IMG/VR virus record: IMGVR_UViG_3300029288_004596
Coordinates: 32,001-96,000 of that record
Length of the DNA: 64,000 nt
Origin: a virus
Lineage: Duplodnaviria > Caudoviricetes
Direction: 5' to 3' (one strand)
The notes under the pieces were generated by a model. It did no database searches. It was not told the origin of the DNA and saw nothing but the letters and a program-made list of their open reading frames with translations. Position 1 is the stretch's first letter, and the number at the start of each line of letters is the position of its first letter. Below, one piece after another: positions 1 to 10,081 of this stretch. Made by a program: the position numbers and the translations under genes.

Positions 1-576
1 ACTTGCGACTGCATTTGCTATTGATAGTCTGATGCACTTTACTGAGCTGGGTATCGCTGAGACAGTGTTTATATACTGAGTCCAGTTCTTGTAAGAATTG
101 TAGGAGAACTCCTGAAGGTAGTCTGACCAACTCCAGCTGGGTATAACTGATGTCACTGTTGAGGATGTGACCGTGAGGACTGTAGTGTACCCAACTATAT
201 CTATTCTCATGTGACACTTGGTGTAGTCAAATTCATTGTCAGGGTAGCTCATTCTGTACTGGAACTTCAAGTCAAAGGTCCTTGTAGGCGCAAGAACTTC
301 TCCTGTCAACATCACTGTCTGAGAAGCTGTCTTTACCTGGTGTAAGGAATAGTATCTGAAGTCCATGGCAGAAGCTGTTATAGTCCAGTACTGAGGGAGG
401 TGCATCGCTCTCAGCTCCATGCACTTGTCTCCATTGTAGGGTCTTGTGTTAACTAACTGTCCCTGAGCTGTTAACCCAGTGGATCCAGTGGTGGATATTG
501 ACCATGCAACTTCAGGTATAGCGGATGACCATCCAGCTTCAAAAGAATAGTTTGCTATAAGATTGGATACTGACAT
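1..576 (-). CDS. Partial ORF (runs off the window), putative carbohydrate-binding-module-like tail/fibre protein
   Basis: Not in the ORF track. ATG at 576 overlaps the upstream TAA (TAATG). Reads MSVSNLIANYSFEAGW... open to position 1. NLIxNxSFE is typical of CBM/galactose-binding-like jelly-roll domains. Confidence 0.6.
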   Translation of the reverse strand, partial: MSVSNLIANYSFEAGWSSAIPEVAWSISTTGSTGLTAQGQLVNTRPYNGDKCMELRAMHLPQYWTITASAMDFRYYSLHQVKTASQTVMLTGEVLAPTRTFDLKFQYRMSYPDNEFDYTKCHMRIDIVGYTTVLTVTSSTVTSVIPSWSWSDYLQEFSYNSYKNWTQYINTVSAIPSSVKCIRLSIANAVAS

Positions 577-1208
577 TATGTTTTTACCTTGGCGTTAGTC
601 ACTATTAGGACTTTGGCATGAAGTCTTATAGTAGTGTCCGGAACAACGAATCTCGCTCTCATAGAACCTGTTATCCTGCCAGCGCTGGGATCCATCCCAT
701 AAGACAGCCACACCGGGTGCCCATGCACAAAAGTTTTCCAGTTGTGAGGCCAGTTGTACACATCCACATGTTCGGCCAATCCAAATAGGAATACAGCTGT
801 GTCGTCATTATCCAGATGGGTTTCTAGAACTGTCTCATAGGCTGTTCCTGTGTTGGAATGTTTCCAGCACACATTAACTGGCAGCTCTATATCTACAGCT
901 GAATTGTAGTAGGTGAGGTCTGTGGAAGCCGCTGAGTTTGAACCCATCAACCCTTTCATAGGATTGTCTGTTATTGGAAATTTATCTGTTTTGTATTCGC
1001 TCCTGTTTAAGGAGAACTCTCTTTGGTCTGGAACTGTGGAACTCATAGTGGCATGGTAGTCTGTCTTTATTCCGGAGATAGTCTTGGTCTGCAGTTCATA
1101 GATAGCTTCTATCATTATGTTTACGCTGTTTGCGTCCACTATGGTTGAAGAATAAGCTTCTCCCGCCAGCTGTAGGATATCTACATTGTTAGGAAATCTT
1201 GAAATCAT
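576..1208 (-). CDS. Hypothetical baseplate/tail-fibre region protein (210 aa)
   Basis: Coupled to both neighbours by stop/start overlaps; position in the distal tail module. Confidence 0.55.
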   Translation of the reverse strand: MISRFPNNVDILQLAGEAYSSTIVDANSVNIMIEAIYELQTKTISGIKTDYHATMSSTVPDQREFSLNRSEYKTDKFPITDNPMKGLMGSNSAASTDLTYYNSAVDIELPVNVCWKHSNTGTAYETVLETHLDNDDTAVFLFGLAEHVDVYNWPHNWKTFVHGHPVWLSYGMDPSAGRITGSMRARFVVPDTTIRLHAKVLIVTNAKVKT

Positions 1209-2785
1209 ATGTACCTCACAATGGCTTTCACACCAGCGGCTACATGAGAGTCCACTATTTCCTGTATTTCTTCTTCAGTGAACTCTTTCAATCCCACGGT
1301 GGCATCCAGGAGTCCTTTGGGCAGTTCCACTACTATGACTCCATTAAGCATGGCTGGCTCCCCATCCCATGTGGAAAGATCGAAGTATCCCTTCATAGCT
1401 TGGAGTTGATCTCCTGTCAGTCTTATCTTTCTGAGCTGGGCATCCTCCGCCACTCCTCCTCCTCTTCTCCTAGTGTCTATCATCTTGACAGTCTCCACTG
1501 TGCCGTTGGGACTCACATATAATTTGGCTAGCACTAAAGCTAGAGGCCACTTTACCAGACTTCCCACTCCTCCAGCGTGCACATTGGAACCCAGAGTTCC
1601 ATCTTCTTTAAAGACCGTTGGGCTGTCTGCCGTAAAGGTCTGCATAAACTTGTTCTTATCATATCTGGCCTTGCCATAGATGGACAAAGCTAGCTCTCTA
1701 TCATCTATAGTTCCAGTTCCTATTCCGCTGGCGTAGGTAGCCTCCAAGGTAATGGCTGGACCAGACTCCCACCTTACAAACTGGTTGGTCCACTTTAATC
1801 CAGTCCTTATTTTTATAACTCCTGAGGCTATCGAGTCATAGAGGTAGACTGCGGATGGCAATAGGAATATATAAACCACTGAACTTAGCAACTCCACTGT
1901 GTCCCTCCCATTGTCATAGGTATGTCCGTAGGAGGGATTGAGGTTTAGATCGCAGTATCTTCCCAGCGTCTCATCATAGTAGCCTCTGAAGATATAGTCT
2001 TTCTGACTATACCTATAGGAGATCTCTATGACATCCGCTGGATCTATGCTTGTGGTGAACTCCACTATTCCATTTTCATAGTCCACTCCTTTGACAGCGT
2101 CTGGAGAACTATTTTCTATGGAGTCTATAGGAGAGTTTAGGAGTTCTTTATCATTTATCTTTATAGAGTCTATCTGGTATAATTTATTCTTGTAGGTTTT
2201 TATCCTGAAGCTGTCCAGGACTTGAGGCTGTTCATTGGTTATAGGCAATCCCCTAAGTCCATACTCTGTTAAGGATCCATACTCATTAAATATTGAGGCT
2301 ACACTTCCAGTCAGGTAAGGAAGGGTCACACTTTCTGGTATTGAGTATATGAGTCCAATATCAGTTCCCACAGCCCAGCCCTCTTCAGCTGCCACCTTAT
2401 CCACCCAGCATTTTCCCGAGTCCGCGGACGCATATATAGTGCTTGTGTACTTGGTATGCACCTTAAAGATTCCATCCCTTATCACTACATGCCAGGCCCC
2501 TGTTTCATCTTCTATGGGATCTAGCGCATCCATTGGGGATGTCAGGGTTCTATATTCTTTCAGGTTCTTGCTTTGAGATATATAAGGTTCTGTTTCGTAA
2601 GCTCCAGATAAACTGGGAGAGTACAGCACTGGCTGATATTCTTCTCCAGCTTTGTTTGCTGGGATAGCCCCCACAGCGTTGGTCATCAGACAGTTCTCGT
2701 CAGGTTTCAGCACAGGAGGAGCGAAGTAAGCCAAAGATATTCCAGTGGAAGGCACAGTAGACCCGTATTGAAGGTTGTATGTCAT
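1205..2785 (-). CDS. Putative virion structural (baseplate/fibre-associated) protein (526 aa)
   Basis: Long ORF with ATGA overlaps; beta-rich segment VDYENGIVEFTTSIDPADVIEISYRY is typical of phage baseplate/tail proteins. Confidence 0.6.
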   Translation of the reverse strand: MTYNLQYGSTVPSTGISLAYFAPPVLKPDENCLMTNAVGAIPANKAGEEYQPVLYSPSLSGAYETEPYISQSKNLKEYRTLTSPMDALDPIEDETGAWHVVIRDGIFKVHTKYTSTIYASADSGKCWVDKVAAEEGWAVGTDIGLIYSIPESVTLPYLTGSVASIFNEYGSLTEYGLRGLPITNEQPQVLDSFRIKTYKNKLYQIDSIKINDKELLNSPIDSIENSSPDAVKGVDYENGIVEFTTSIDPADVIEISYRYSQKDYIFRGYYDETLGRYCDLNLNPSYGHTYDNGRDTVELLSSVVYIFLLPSAVYLYDSIASGVIKIRTGLKWTNQFVRWESGPAITLEATYASGIGTGTIDDRELALSIYGKARYDKNKFMQTFTADSPTVFKEDGTLGSNVHAGGVGSLVKWPLALVLAKLYVSPNGTVETVKMIDTRRRGGGVAEDAQLRKIRLTGDQLQAMKGYFDLSTWDGEPAMLNGVIVVELPKGLLDATVGLKEFTEEEIQEIVDSHVAAGVKAIVRYI

Positions 2786-4416
2786 ATGGTGACCTCATTG
2801 GAGAATATAACTGTGCTGGAGAAACCGTCATATAAAGAAGCATATATTATGTCTGGGCCTACTATATCCACTGTGGCTATGCCTTCCTCATTGGTCCTCA
2901 CCTCAGTTGGGTTTGTTATACCATTCTTGGAAATGAATTTTATTGTCACTCCCGCATTAGTTAGGATTACTCCATCATTTCTGGTTATGCACGCCTTGAG
3001 TCTATTTATGGAAGTCTCGCTTGTGTCCTTGGCCAGGAAAAGTTTTGGTATGAAAGACCCTGAGGTGTAGTTTATATTGGACGCTCCCACGCATACTGCG
3101 GAAACTACATCCGTTACAGCCAGCCCGCTAGAGGATATAGTCATAGTCATGGTTCCAGCCGCTGAAGGTTTCCATGTGTAAGTGACTTCTCCCAGGAAGT
3201 TTGTTATCTGAGTAGATGGCAGTACAGTCTGTACTAATCCTGGACCTGAGATGGCGTAGTTTAGACACACTCCAGCCACAGGATTGTTATTTTTGTCTAC
3301 AGCCCTGGCTCTTATCCTTACAGGACATCCTGTTCCTGATAGTATAGCCACTCTTGATGGGGCTGATCTGGCATATATCCTGGCGGCTTCCTTGTATGGG
3401 TCTATAGCTGGAGCCAGATAAATAAATCCTGGGACTATCCCAGAATACATGGGATTTAATTGCAGGTATGACAGGTCTGTAGTTAGGACTTCTGAGATAT
3501 CCTGATAATCATCCTTTTCGCCCTCAAAGTCAAGAGTTGTGTTTCCTGACGTGGTAGAATAGGCATGGATATGGTTCTTGGTTAACCCAAAGGAGTTGTT
3601 GACTCTATATAATACCCCCACTACTTCCTTGGCTGGAACTGCGATTGGGAGTTGAATGACATTTCCAGACACAGAAGAGGAGTATATGGTCATTGAGGAT
3701 AAACCCCATGTCCCTACTCTTTTTACTACTGGTCTAGCTCCATAATAGGTAGCTATGTTTTCATGCCTGAGCCTTATTCTGGAATTGGCGTCTACTAACA
3801 GTTCTTCCTGCAGCAGGACTACTTCAGAACCTGTAGGCTCATAGGAGTAGGTATAAAATACTGTAGAGCATGGGTCTGTCTCTGAGGATACTGTCAGTTC
3901 TCTGGATCTTGGGTTGAAATAAAAATAATCAGATTCCTTTACCAGACTGGAGGATGGAACTTCTTTTAAGGAGGTGTGCAGAGTGGAGATCACATGCTCT
4001 ACATTGCCTGGCACAGTTATTTTCCACTTGTTGTTCCCAACGCAAGTCCAAGATCCACTGGTCATAACTGCTATGGAACCCACAACCCTCTTATAGCTTG
4101 TGGTTCCCTTGGTCATAAAGACTGGCCCATATTGAGATATTGCCGAGGTGTCTAAGGTGGAACATATTATGGAACTTGTGGTTACAGAAGATGGCGCCAG
4201 ATTTATTATGTTCTGATATTTCTTGGAGAATAAGTATCTTTCTTCAGTCCCTAGGTAGTACCATCCCTTGTGGATCATGGGATACCATCTGCTGTCAGCA
4301 CTCTTTTTTATTGACACCTTGAGGTCAAGGTTATCCCCAACTCCTATCTCAAGCATAGTTGACAGAGGCGAAGTTATAGTTTGTCCTGAGCTTCCTGACT
4401 CAAAAAATGTGCTCAC
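2782..4416 (-). CDS. Tail/baseplate structural protein with C-terminal Ig-like (Big_1/invasin-like) domains (544 aa)
   Basis: ARAVDKNNNPVAGVCLNY...TNFLGEVTYTW and VRTNEEGIATV are Big_1-like signatures; Ser/Thr-rich. Confidence 0.6.
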   Translation of the reverse strand: MSTFFESGSSGQTITSPLSTMLEIGVGDNLDLKVSIKKSADSRWYPMIHKGWYYLGTEERYLFSKKYQNIINLAPSSVTTSSIICSTLDTSAISQYGPVFMTKGTTSYKRVVGSIAVMTSGSWTCVGNNKWKITVPGNVEHVISTLHTSLKEVPSSSLVKESDYFYFNPRSRELTVSSETDPCSTVFYTYSYEPTGSEVVLLQEELLVDANSRIRLRHENIATYYGARPVVKRVGTWGLSSMTIYSSSVSGNVIQLPIAVPAKEVVGVLYRVNNSFGLTKNHIHAYSTTSGNTTLDFEGEKDDYQDISEVLTTDLSYLQLNPMYSGIVPGFIYLAPAIDPYKEAARIYARSAPSRVAILSGTGCPVRIRARAVDKNNNPVAGVCLNYAISGPGLVQTVLPSTQITNFLGEVTYTWKPSAAGTMTMTISSSGLAVTDVVSAVCVGASNINYTSGSFIPKLFLAKDTSETSINRLKACITRNDGVILTNAGVTIKFISKNGITNPTEVRTNEEGIATVDIVGPDIIYASLYDGFSSTVIFSNEVTI

Positions 4417-7097
4417 TGAAATACCGCCGATATGTTAGTTATGTTGGGTTCCACTTCCCCAGTCTCAAACCACTTTGTGGGGTTGCCCCATGAGGCTGTC
4501 CCTAATGTGATAGGCATGCTTTCCTCTACTGAGTATCTTATATCTTCCACTTCCGCTGTGCTATATTCCAGGAATGTAGCCAGATTCAAGGGTCTGCTGG
4601 TCTTTACTGAAGAGATCCCTATGTAGTAGGTCCCTGATGGAATCTCTGTTGGAATTATAGCCGCTATATAGTTCCCAATGCTTGACAAAGTGTAGTTGAT
4701 CACTGAGTACTTGGCTATGATAGTTCCACTGACTATATTGGAGTTGAAGTTTATTGTTCCTGATAGAGCTGTCAGGTTTGGGTACGCTGTTGTGGTAGCT
4801 AGTTCCCCATTGTAGTACAGGCTGTACTCAGACCAGTTCTTCTTCTGGGAATAGTATACTCCTCCGGATCCTGAATAGGTGAGGGTTTCCTCATAGTAGG
4901 CTTTTTCTGGCACATCGCTGACATAGACTTTCACTATTCCTGTGTGTCCGCTAGTTATCAAGTTTACTGTGGATAACCCATTCCAGGTTATGAGACTGGT
5001 GAGTCCAAGGTCCAGTCCCACAGTAAAAGGCATAGCTTCGCTAGTCATCCCCTTGGGAAGCTGAGTAGAAGACAGTATCCTATCTCTCAGGTCTTTGTTG
5101 GATTCCTTGTCTATTCTCTTGATGCCAAAGGGAGATCCCATGGAGTCAAGATGGTTGTAGAGTTCGTCATACCTTAGAGGTTGGGCGTCCAGCTTGTAGT
5201 ATACAGTCCCAGAAGTGGAGAATAGGTTGTATAAAGTCTTGGATTTATATATGGCTGTGGTTGTCACAGCGTAGTCTGTCTTAAATTTAACGTAGGTTCC
5301 ACTAGTTATTATAGTCTCAGGAGGCTCTTTTACCCATGAGGCGAACTCTGGGAAGAAGATGCCCTGGAAGGCTGTCTGCCTCTTCCATATAGGGGCGTCC
5401 TCCATCAAAGCTGAGGGGTGAATGCTTATAGTATAGTACCCATCTGTTGCAGAAACTGCAACACTTGAAGACTCCAGGTTCCTTAAATACATTATCTTCT
5501 GAGGAACAACATCTCCTTCCATCTCCCCTTCTAGTATTCTAGCTGGGATCCATGTGGGCAGCTTCTCATTAAAGAAATCCCATAGACTGTAGGCTCTCTT
5601 GGCTATGACAGACAAAGCTCCAGTAGCCACAGTTACATCCCCCATATCCTGATCGCTCACAGCTATGTTGGCAAAGTATATATAGCTTTCTGTAGAAATG
5701 TCAAAGGTGCTGGGGTAGGAGTTCTTGCTTATCCTATCTATGAGTTCATAGGATTCCCTAGGCTGATACATGGTGGACCTCAACCACCTTCTTATTAGGG
5801 GATCTATCTGCAGACTGAGGTTTCCTCCTCCTGTGAATCCAAAGAGTTCCTCCTTGAATTTTATCACCTCATACCCAGTTTTTATGTACCCGGAGGTGGC
5901 TGGCATTCCAGTGGAACCTGGAGTGTCTATAGGTATAATGTCTACATAATCATAGTCTGTGTGTGGACCCTCTATACTCCCAGAGGTGGCTCCTGTGGTG
6001 AATCCAGTCAACACATTGGTGTAGAATGTCCATGCGGCTCCTGAGGTATCAAAAGAGTAACCCTTCCAGTGACCATACTTATAGTCATAATCTTCAAAGC
6101 CCTCTCCTGTGTAGGGAGTGCTAAAGTTATGATAGTATATGACTCTCCATTTATTTGCTGGGATAGCTGGCGGGGATAGGTAGTGTATTATAGAACTAGT
6201 TAGTATAGCTGGAACAGTCATCCCTGCTCCCAAATATTCATCATAAAAAGCTGAGGTTGATCCACCTGTCCCAAAGTAAGATATGTAGCCATTGCCCCCA
6301 GCAGGGACTATATCCTGTGTGTAGACCCATCTACTGCTATGCGTATCTATAGTAGCTTCAAAGTCTATGGTGTTTCCATATCGCCTTAGAGGTTCCCCCG
6401 TAGAATCTTTTACGCCACCATCTGTAGTATCTTTGTACCACATTATAGCCTTCTCTGGAGTCAATAGGCCCATCCAGTCTGCTACTACAGGGTATTCAGT
6501 CTCTGGGGTATTTCTAAATAGTTCCCCTCTATATCCCCATAGCGGTCCTTCTATGTAAGTTCCCCCACTAGGAGGAAATGGGTTCCCGCTAGACCCTGAG
6601 GAACTGACTGTGGGAGTGACTATGCTTCCTATGTCTCCAGAGGGGGGCACATAAACCCAACCTCCTGAAGGAACCAGTATAGAGGTTGTGCCTATAGATC
6701 CAGTGGTTACATCTCCAGTGAGATATGGAGTGGGTATAATTATAACCCCAGGTTCATCTATCCATAGGATAGTGGAAGAACCTGAAGTTGTTATTCCAGT
6801 GACAGCTATAGTCTCATAGGTAAGGAAAGATAATAAGATATGCGTTGGGTCTCCAGCTGGGGCGTAGCTTAGCCCCACTCTTTGTTGGGAACTTGTCCAG
6901 TCCAGGATGTGCCCGGAAGTTGTGGAGACAGCTGAGACTGTCATCACTGAAGAAGGCAGGTTTACATTATAGTATTTGCTTTTTGAGTTTACTGTTATAG
7001 CTGAACCAGCAACCCAGGCGTAGCCGCTTGTTCCAGATGTCCATTGATTCTCTGTGTATCCAGTCCTTATTCTGCTAATGACATTGTCATATATCAT
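4413..7097 (-). CDS. Baseplate wedge-associated protein, paralog of 7602..8969 (894 aa)
   Basis: HLDSMGSPFGIKRIDKESNKDLRDRILS resembles the LD..G...G..R...E.D...R.RI motif of baseplate wedge (gpI/gpJ-like) proteins; the C-terminal part aligns with 7602..8969. Confidence 0.6.
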   Translation of the reverse strand: MIYDNVISRIRTGYTENQWTSGTSGYAWVAGSAITVNSKSKYYNVNLPSSVMTVSAVSTTSGHILDWTSSQQRVGLSYAPAGDPTHILLSFLTYETIAVTGITTSGSSTILWIDEPGVIIIPTPYLTGDVTTGSIGTTSILVPSGGWVYVPPSGDIGSIVTPTVSSSGSSGNPFPPSGGTYIEGPLWGYRGELFRNTPETEYPVVADWMGLLTPEKAIMWYKDTTDGGVKDSTGEPLRRYGNTIDFEATIDTHSSRWVYTQDIVPAGGNGYISYFGTGGSTSAFYDEYLGAGMTVPAILTSSIIHYLSPPAIPANKWRVIYYHNFSTPYTGEGFEDYDYKYGHWKGYSFDTSGAAWTFYTNVLTGFTTGATSGSIEGPHTDYDYVDIIPIDTPGSTGMPATSGYIKTGYEVIKFKEELFGFTGGGNLSLQIDPLIRRWLRSTMYQPRESYELIDRISKNSYPSTFDISTESYIYFANIAVSDQDMGDVTVATGALSVIAKRAYSLWDFFNEKLPTWIPARILEGEMEGDVVPQKIMYLRNLESSSVAVSATDGYYTISIHPSALMEDAPIWKRQTAFQGIFFPEFASWVKEPPETIITSGTYVKFKTDYAVTTTAIYKSKTLYNLFSTSGTVYYKLDAQPLRYDELYNHLDSMGSPFGIKRIDKESNKDLRDRILSSTQLPKGMTSEAMPFTVGLDLGLTSLITWNGLSTVNLITSGHTGIVKVYVSDVPEKAYYEETLTYSGSGGVYYSQKKNWSEYSLYYNGELATTTAYPNLTALSGTINFNSNIVSGTIIAKYSVINYTLSSIGNYIAAIIPTEIPSGTYYIGISSVKTSRPLNLATFLEYSTAEVEDIRYSVEESMPITLGTASWGNPTKWFETGEVEPNITNISAVFQ

Positions 7098-7605
7098 TGA
7101 GCGACATTACCTTCCCGCTGTTAGCGTCATCCGGTTCTCTATTTTTATAAGGCGATAATTTCTGAAGTATCCTGTATTCATCCTCTGGTCTTATCAGCAG
7201 TCTCTCTCTTCCAAGTTTGGCTGGGGCTAAAGTCCATGCTGGATAGGAGTTGGCATAGTATTCCATGAAAGGAACTAGGTGTTGCGTGGTCTCCCAGTTT
7301 CCTATAACTGCGCAGGTGTTTCCTGTGACTGTGTCCTTCCATCCGCTGGAGACTTCTCCCACTATCTTGTAATCATAGGATGTGGTGGTAGATACGTAGT
7401 CCTTGTAGCCTTCCATGGTCCCAGTTCCGCTAGTTATCAGCGTATAACTGGAGTCTGAGGATAGTTTTCTATATAGGTATATTGCTGATACAGTTATAGT
7501 CAGGGACTCAGACCAACCAGTCCAGTCAATATATACTCCATCACTTTGGTATACAAAGAGGAGGTTGATATCTCTAAGCTGAGTGTATAGGTCTGTTATG
7601 TTCAT
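7087..7605 (-). CDS. Fibronectin-III-like structural protein (172 aa)
   Basis: IDW...IYLYRK...YKDYVSTTTSYDYKIVG fits an FN3 pattern. Confidence 0.5.
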   Translation of the reverse strand: MNITDLYTQLRDINLLFVYQSDGVYIDWTGWSESLTITVSAIYLYRKLSSDSSYTLITSGTGTMEGYKDYVSTTTSYDYKIVGEVSSGWKDTVTGNTCAVIGNWETTQHLVPFMEYYANSYPAWTLAPAKLGRERLLIRPEDEYRILQKLSPYKNREPDDANSGKVMSLNDI

Positions 7606-8969
7606 TGAAACACCACTGGAATATTGGATATTAAAGGTTCGACTTCATTGGTGTCAAACCAGTGAGAAGTTTCAGACCATACAGCATTTCCTATTAGTAT
7701 AGGCACTGAAGCCTTTACTTCTTCTATTACTCCAAGAGAACTCATATAGTGTTCATAGCAGTATACATTGTTCTCCTCTGGCAACAGGGAGAAGTTAGAT
7801 ATACTTTTGTAGTAGACTACAGTATAGTCTCCGGAGGTGAGGTTGGATGTGGCTGAGAGCAGCATGCTGGACCCTGAGGCTGTGATTACATAGTTAGTGT
7901 AGGAGTACTCCACATCCACACTTCTTATATTGTTGGTCTCCATATTTGATGGGAATACTAATACTCCACTAGTTAAGGATGGGTAGTTGACTTCCCCTGG
8001 AGATATGAGTTGATGGTTTACATAGACTACCCACTGATTCCATAGTCTTCTAGTTCCATGATAGGATAACTTGTTCTCAGATGGAACTAAGGTTTCTCTT
8101 TCATATCCTATCTGAGGCAGATCTTTTATTATAGCAGATGTGATTCCAGAGTTGGTAAGGTTTACCACATCAATCCCATTCCAAGTAAAGGAACCTACTA
8201 ATCCTAGTTGTCTGGCTAGAGCTATAGCTACGCCATCGAAGGTGGCAGTTGGGGGTAATAGGTAAGTGGATTTGATCCTGGTAGTCAGATCAGTGTTGTT
8301 CTCTCTAGGCATTCTCTCTAGGTTTACCATGAGAGCTAGTTCATCTATCACATTCCACAGGTCATAGGAATAAGGACACAGAGGAGGATCGTCATTTATA
8401 TAAAGACAATAGGAGTAAAGGGTGGATACTCTTTCTGTGGAAGAATACTGCACAGTCAGGTTCCCAGTACACCCTACAGAGATCGTGGAGTTGGCCTCGT
8501 CTATCAGACAGGAACCACCAGGTATTTTATTCCAGTTAGTTTCATCGCTATACCATACAGGTTCATCCTGAGCCAGGTCATTTCCCCCAGTGATAGTCTT
8601 TATCTCATAGGTTCCATTAGCTGAAGAAGCTGTAGTTGTCTTAGTAGTCAGGTTCCTCAATAGTAGCCCAGCATCCAGCATATAGACTCTATCCTTTGTA
8701 TTGATAAAGTCAAAAAGACTCCGAGCTCTTCTGACCTCATAGAAGTCAGCATCAACTGGAGTCTTTATTCTCACCCGCAGATCTTCTGTGGCAGGTCTTT
8801 CTACAGCCCATGCCAGCCTGGGTGCGCCAAGGGCCAAGTGATTTGGAGCTATAGTGTCTCCTACTCTATCTATTACCTCTAGGGCAGCTTGGGAGTAAGG
8901 AATAGAAGACTCAAACCACTTGTATATAAGGGATGTTGGTTGAAGGGTGGAAGTGTAATTAAACTGCAT
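7602..8969 (-). CDS. Baseplate wedge-associated protein (455 aa)
   Basis: IDELALMVNLERMPRENNTDLTTRIKS wedge-type motif; immediately downstream of baseplate J. Confidence 0.6.
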   Translation of the reverse strand: MQFNYTSTLQPTSLIYKWFESSIPYSQAALEVIDRVGDTIAPNHLALGAPRLAWAVERPATEDLRVRIKTPVDADFYEVRRARSLFDFINTKDRVYMLDAGLLLRNLTTKTTTASSANGTYEIKTITGGNDLAQDEPVWYSDETNWNKIPGGSCLIDEANSTISVGCTGNLTVQYSSTERVSTLYSYCLYINDDPPLCPYSYDLWNVIDELALMVNLERMPRENNTDLTTRIKSTYLLPPTATFDGVAIALARQLGLVGSFTWNGIDVVNLTNSGITSAIIKDLPQIGYERETLVPSENKLSYHGTRRLWNQWVVYVNHQLISPGEVNYPSLTSGVLVFPSNMETNNIRSVDVEYSYTNYVITASGSSMLLSATSNLTSGDYTVVYYKSISNFSLLPEENNVYCYEHYMSSLGVIEEVKASVPILIGNAVWSETSHWFDTNEVEPLISNIPVVFQ

Positions 8970-10072
8970 TAGATAACTTCTATGGATCTAAGGTAAAACT
9001 TTTCTCCTATGTTTGCTATCTGATCGGTGTTTAAAGAAGGTTGCCCATTTACATTTATAGTGAGTTGGGCATTCCTTATGTATTCGCTGGCGTCCATTAT
9101 CCTGGAGACTAACTCATAGAATATGAGGGCCCCTCTTCCTGTAGAGTCCCCCACCTGCAGGTTATCTACATAGGTCTTAGCCGCCGCTGTCACCAGTATT
9201 CTTATGTTGGATGCTGTAGCTGCTGGGTCCAGACTTAACTTGACTACCAGGTCTATAGGTATCTCTGTAGGAGCTTTGGCTATAGCCGATATTCCAAAGG
9301 CGACAGCTTTATCCAGTATATCCTGAGCTTCATTTAATAGGGTCTGAGAGACTGTAGTTTCTACAGAAGTTATTATGACATCTATAGTCCCGGTGCCTCT
9401 AGCCATAGGATACAGGTAAGCTTCTTTTATTCCTGGCAGTTCCAGGAGTCTTATCCTTATAGCTTCTGAAGTGGCCCCCTGCATCACAGTAAAAGCGTTG
9501 GCTATTCTATATCTATAGTTGTCATCGCTTTCTACAGCGGCTCCATTTATTATAGGGAGAACATTGGTGACTGTGACATTGGCATTTCCCAGGTCATGTC
9601 TTGTGAGAGTTCCAGACCCAACATTGTACCAGAATCCTGTTCCAAGAGCTGTGACATCCACATACCCATCAGCCCCAGCCGCCAATGTCAGAGACGTGTT
9701 GGTGGCATAGGATATTGAAGGATCTGCTGGAGACCATATCCTGGTGAGAGCTGGGATAGTCACTGGAGACGCGCTGTTGTTCCTGAACTGCACCGAGCTT
9801 CCCATCCCAATGCTGGTAGCAGCCTTGGCTGGAAGTCTCTTCACTCCAAAGAATTCCCCTATCTTATCCAGGTTCTCTCCAGTGGCTGTGGATAAGTTGC
9901 TCTGATCATATATTGACTGAGCATATCCATAGAGGTCTGTGAGATATGAGCAGAAAACCTTTATTAAAGATCCAGCCACTGAGGATTCTGTGAAGTTGGT
10001 TATCCCACAGATATTCCTTACAGTGTTTTCAGCCTCCTCTACTAGTTCTTGGTATGTTGGGATTGGTTGCAT
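8969..10072 (-). CDS. Baseplate J-like wedge protein (367 aa)
   Basis: TATGENLDKIGEFFGVKRLPA, NGAAVESDDNYRYRI and RGTGTIDVII are Baseplate_J hallmarks. Confidence 0.9.
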   Translation of the reverse strand: MQPIPTYQELVEEAENTVRNICGITNFTESSVAGSLIKVFCSYLTDLYGYAQSIYDQSNLSTATGENLDKIGEFFGVKRLPAKAATSIGMGSSVQFRNNSASPVTIPALTRIWSPADPSISYATNTSLTLAAGADGYVDVTALGTGFWYNVGSGTLTRHDLGNANVTVTNVLPIINGAAVESDDNYRYRIANAFTVMQGATSEAIRIRLLELPGIKEAYLYPMARGTGTIDVIITSVETTVSQTLLNEAQDILDKAVAFGISAIAKAPTEIPIDLVVKLSLDPAATASNIRILVTAAAKTYVDNLQVGDSTGRGALIFYELVSRIMDASEYIRNAQLTINVNGQPSLNTDQIANIGEKFYLRSIEVI

Positions 10073-10081
10073 GTTCTCTCC

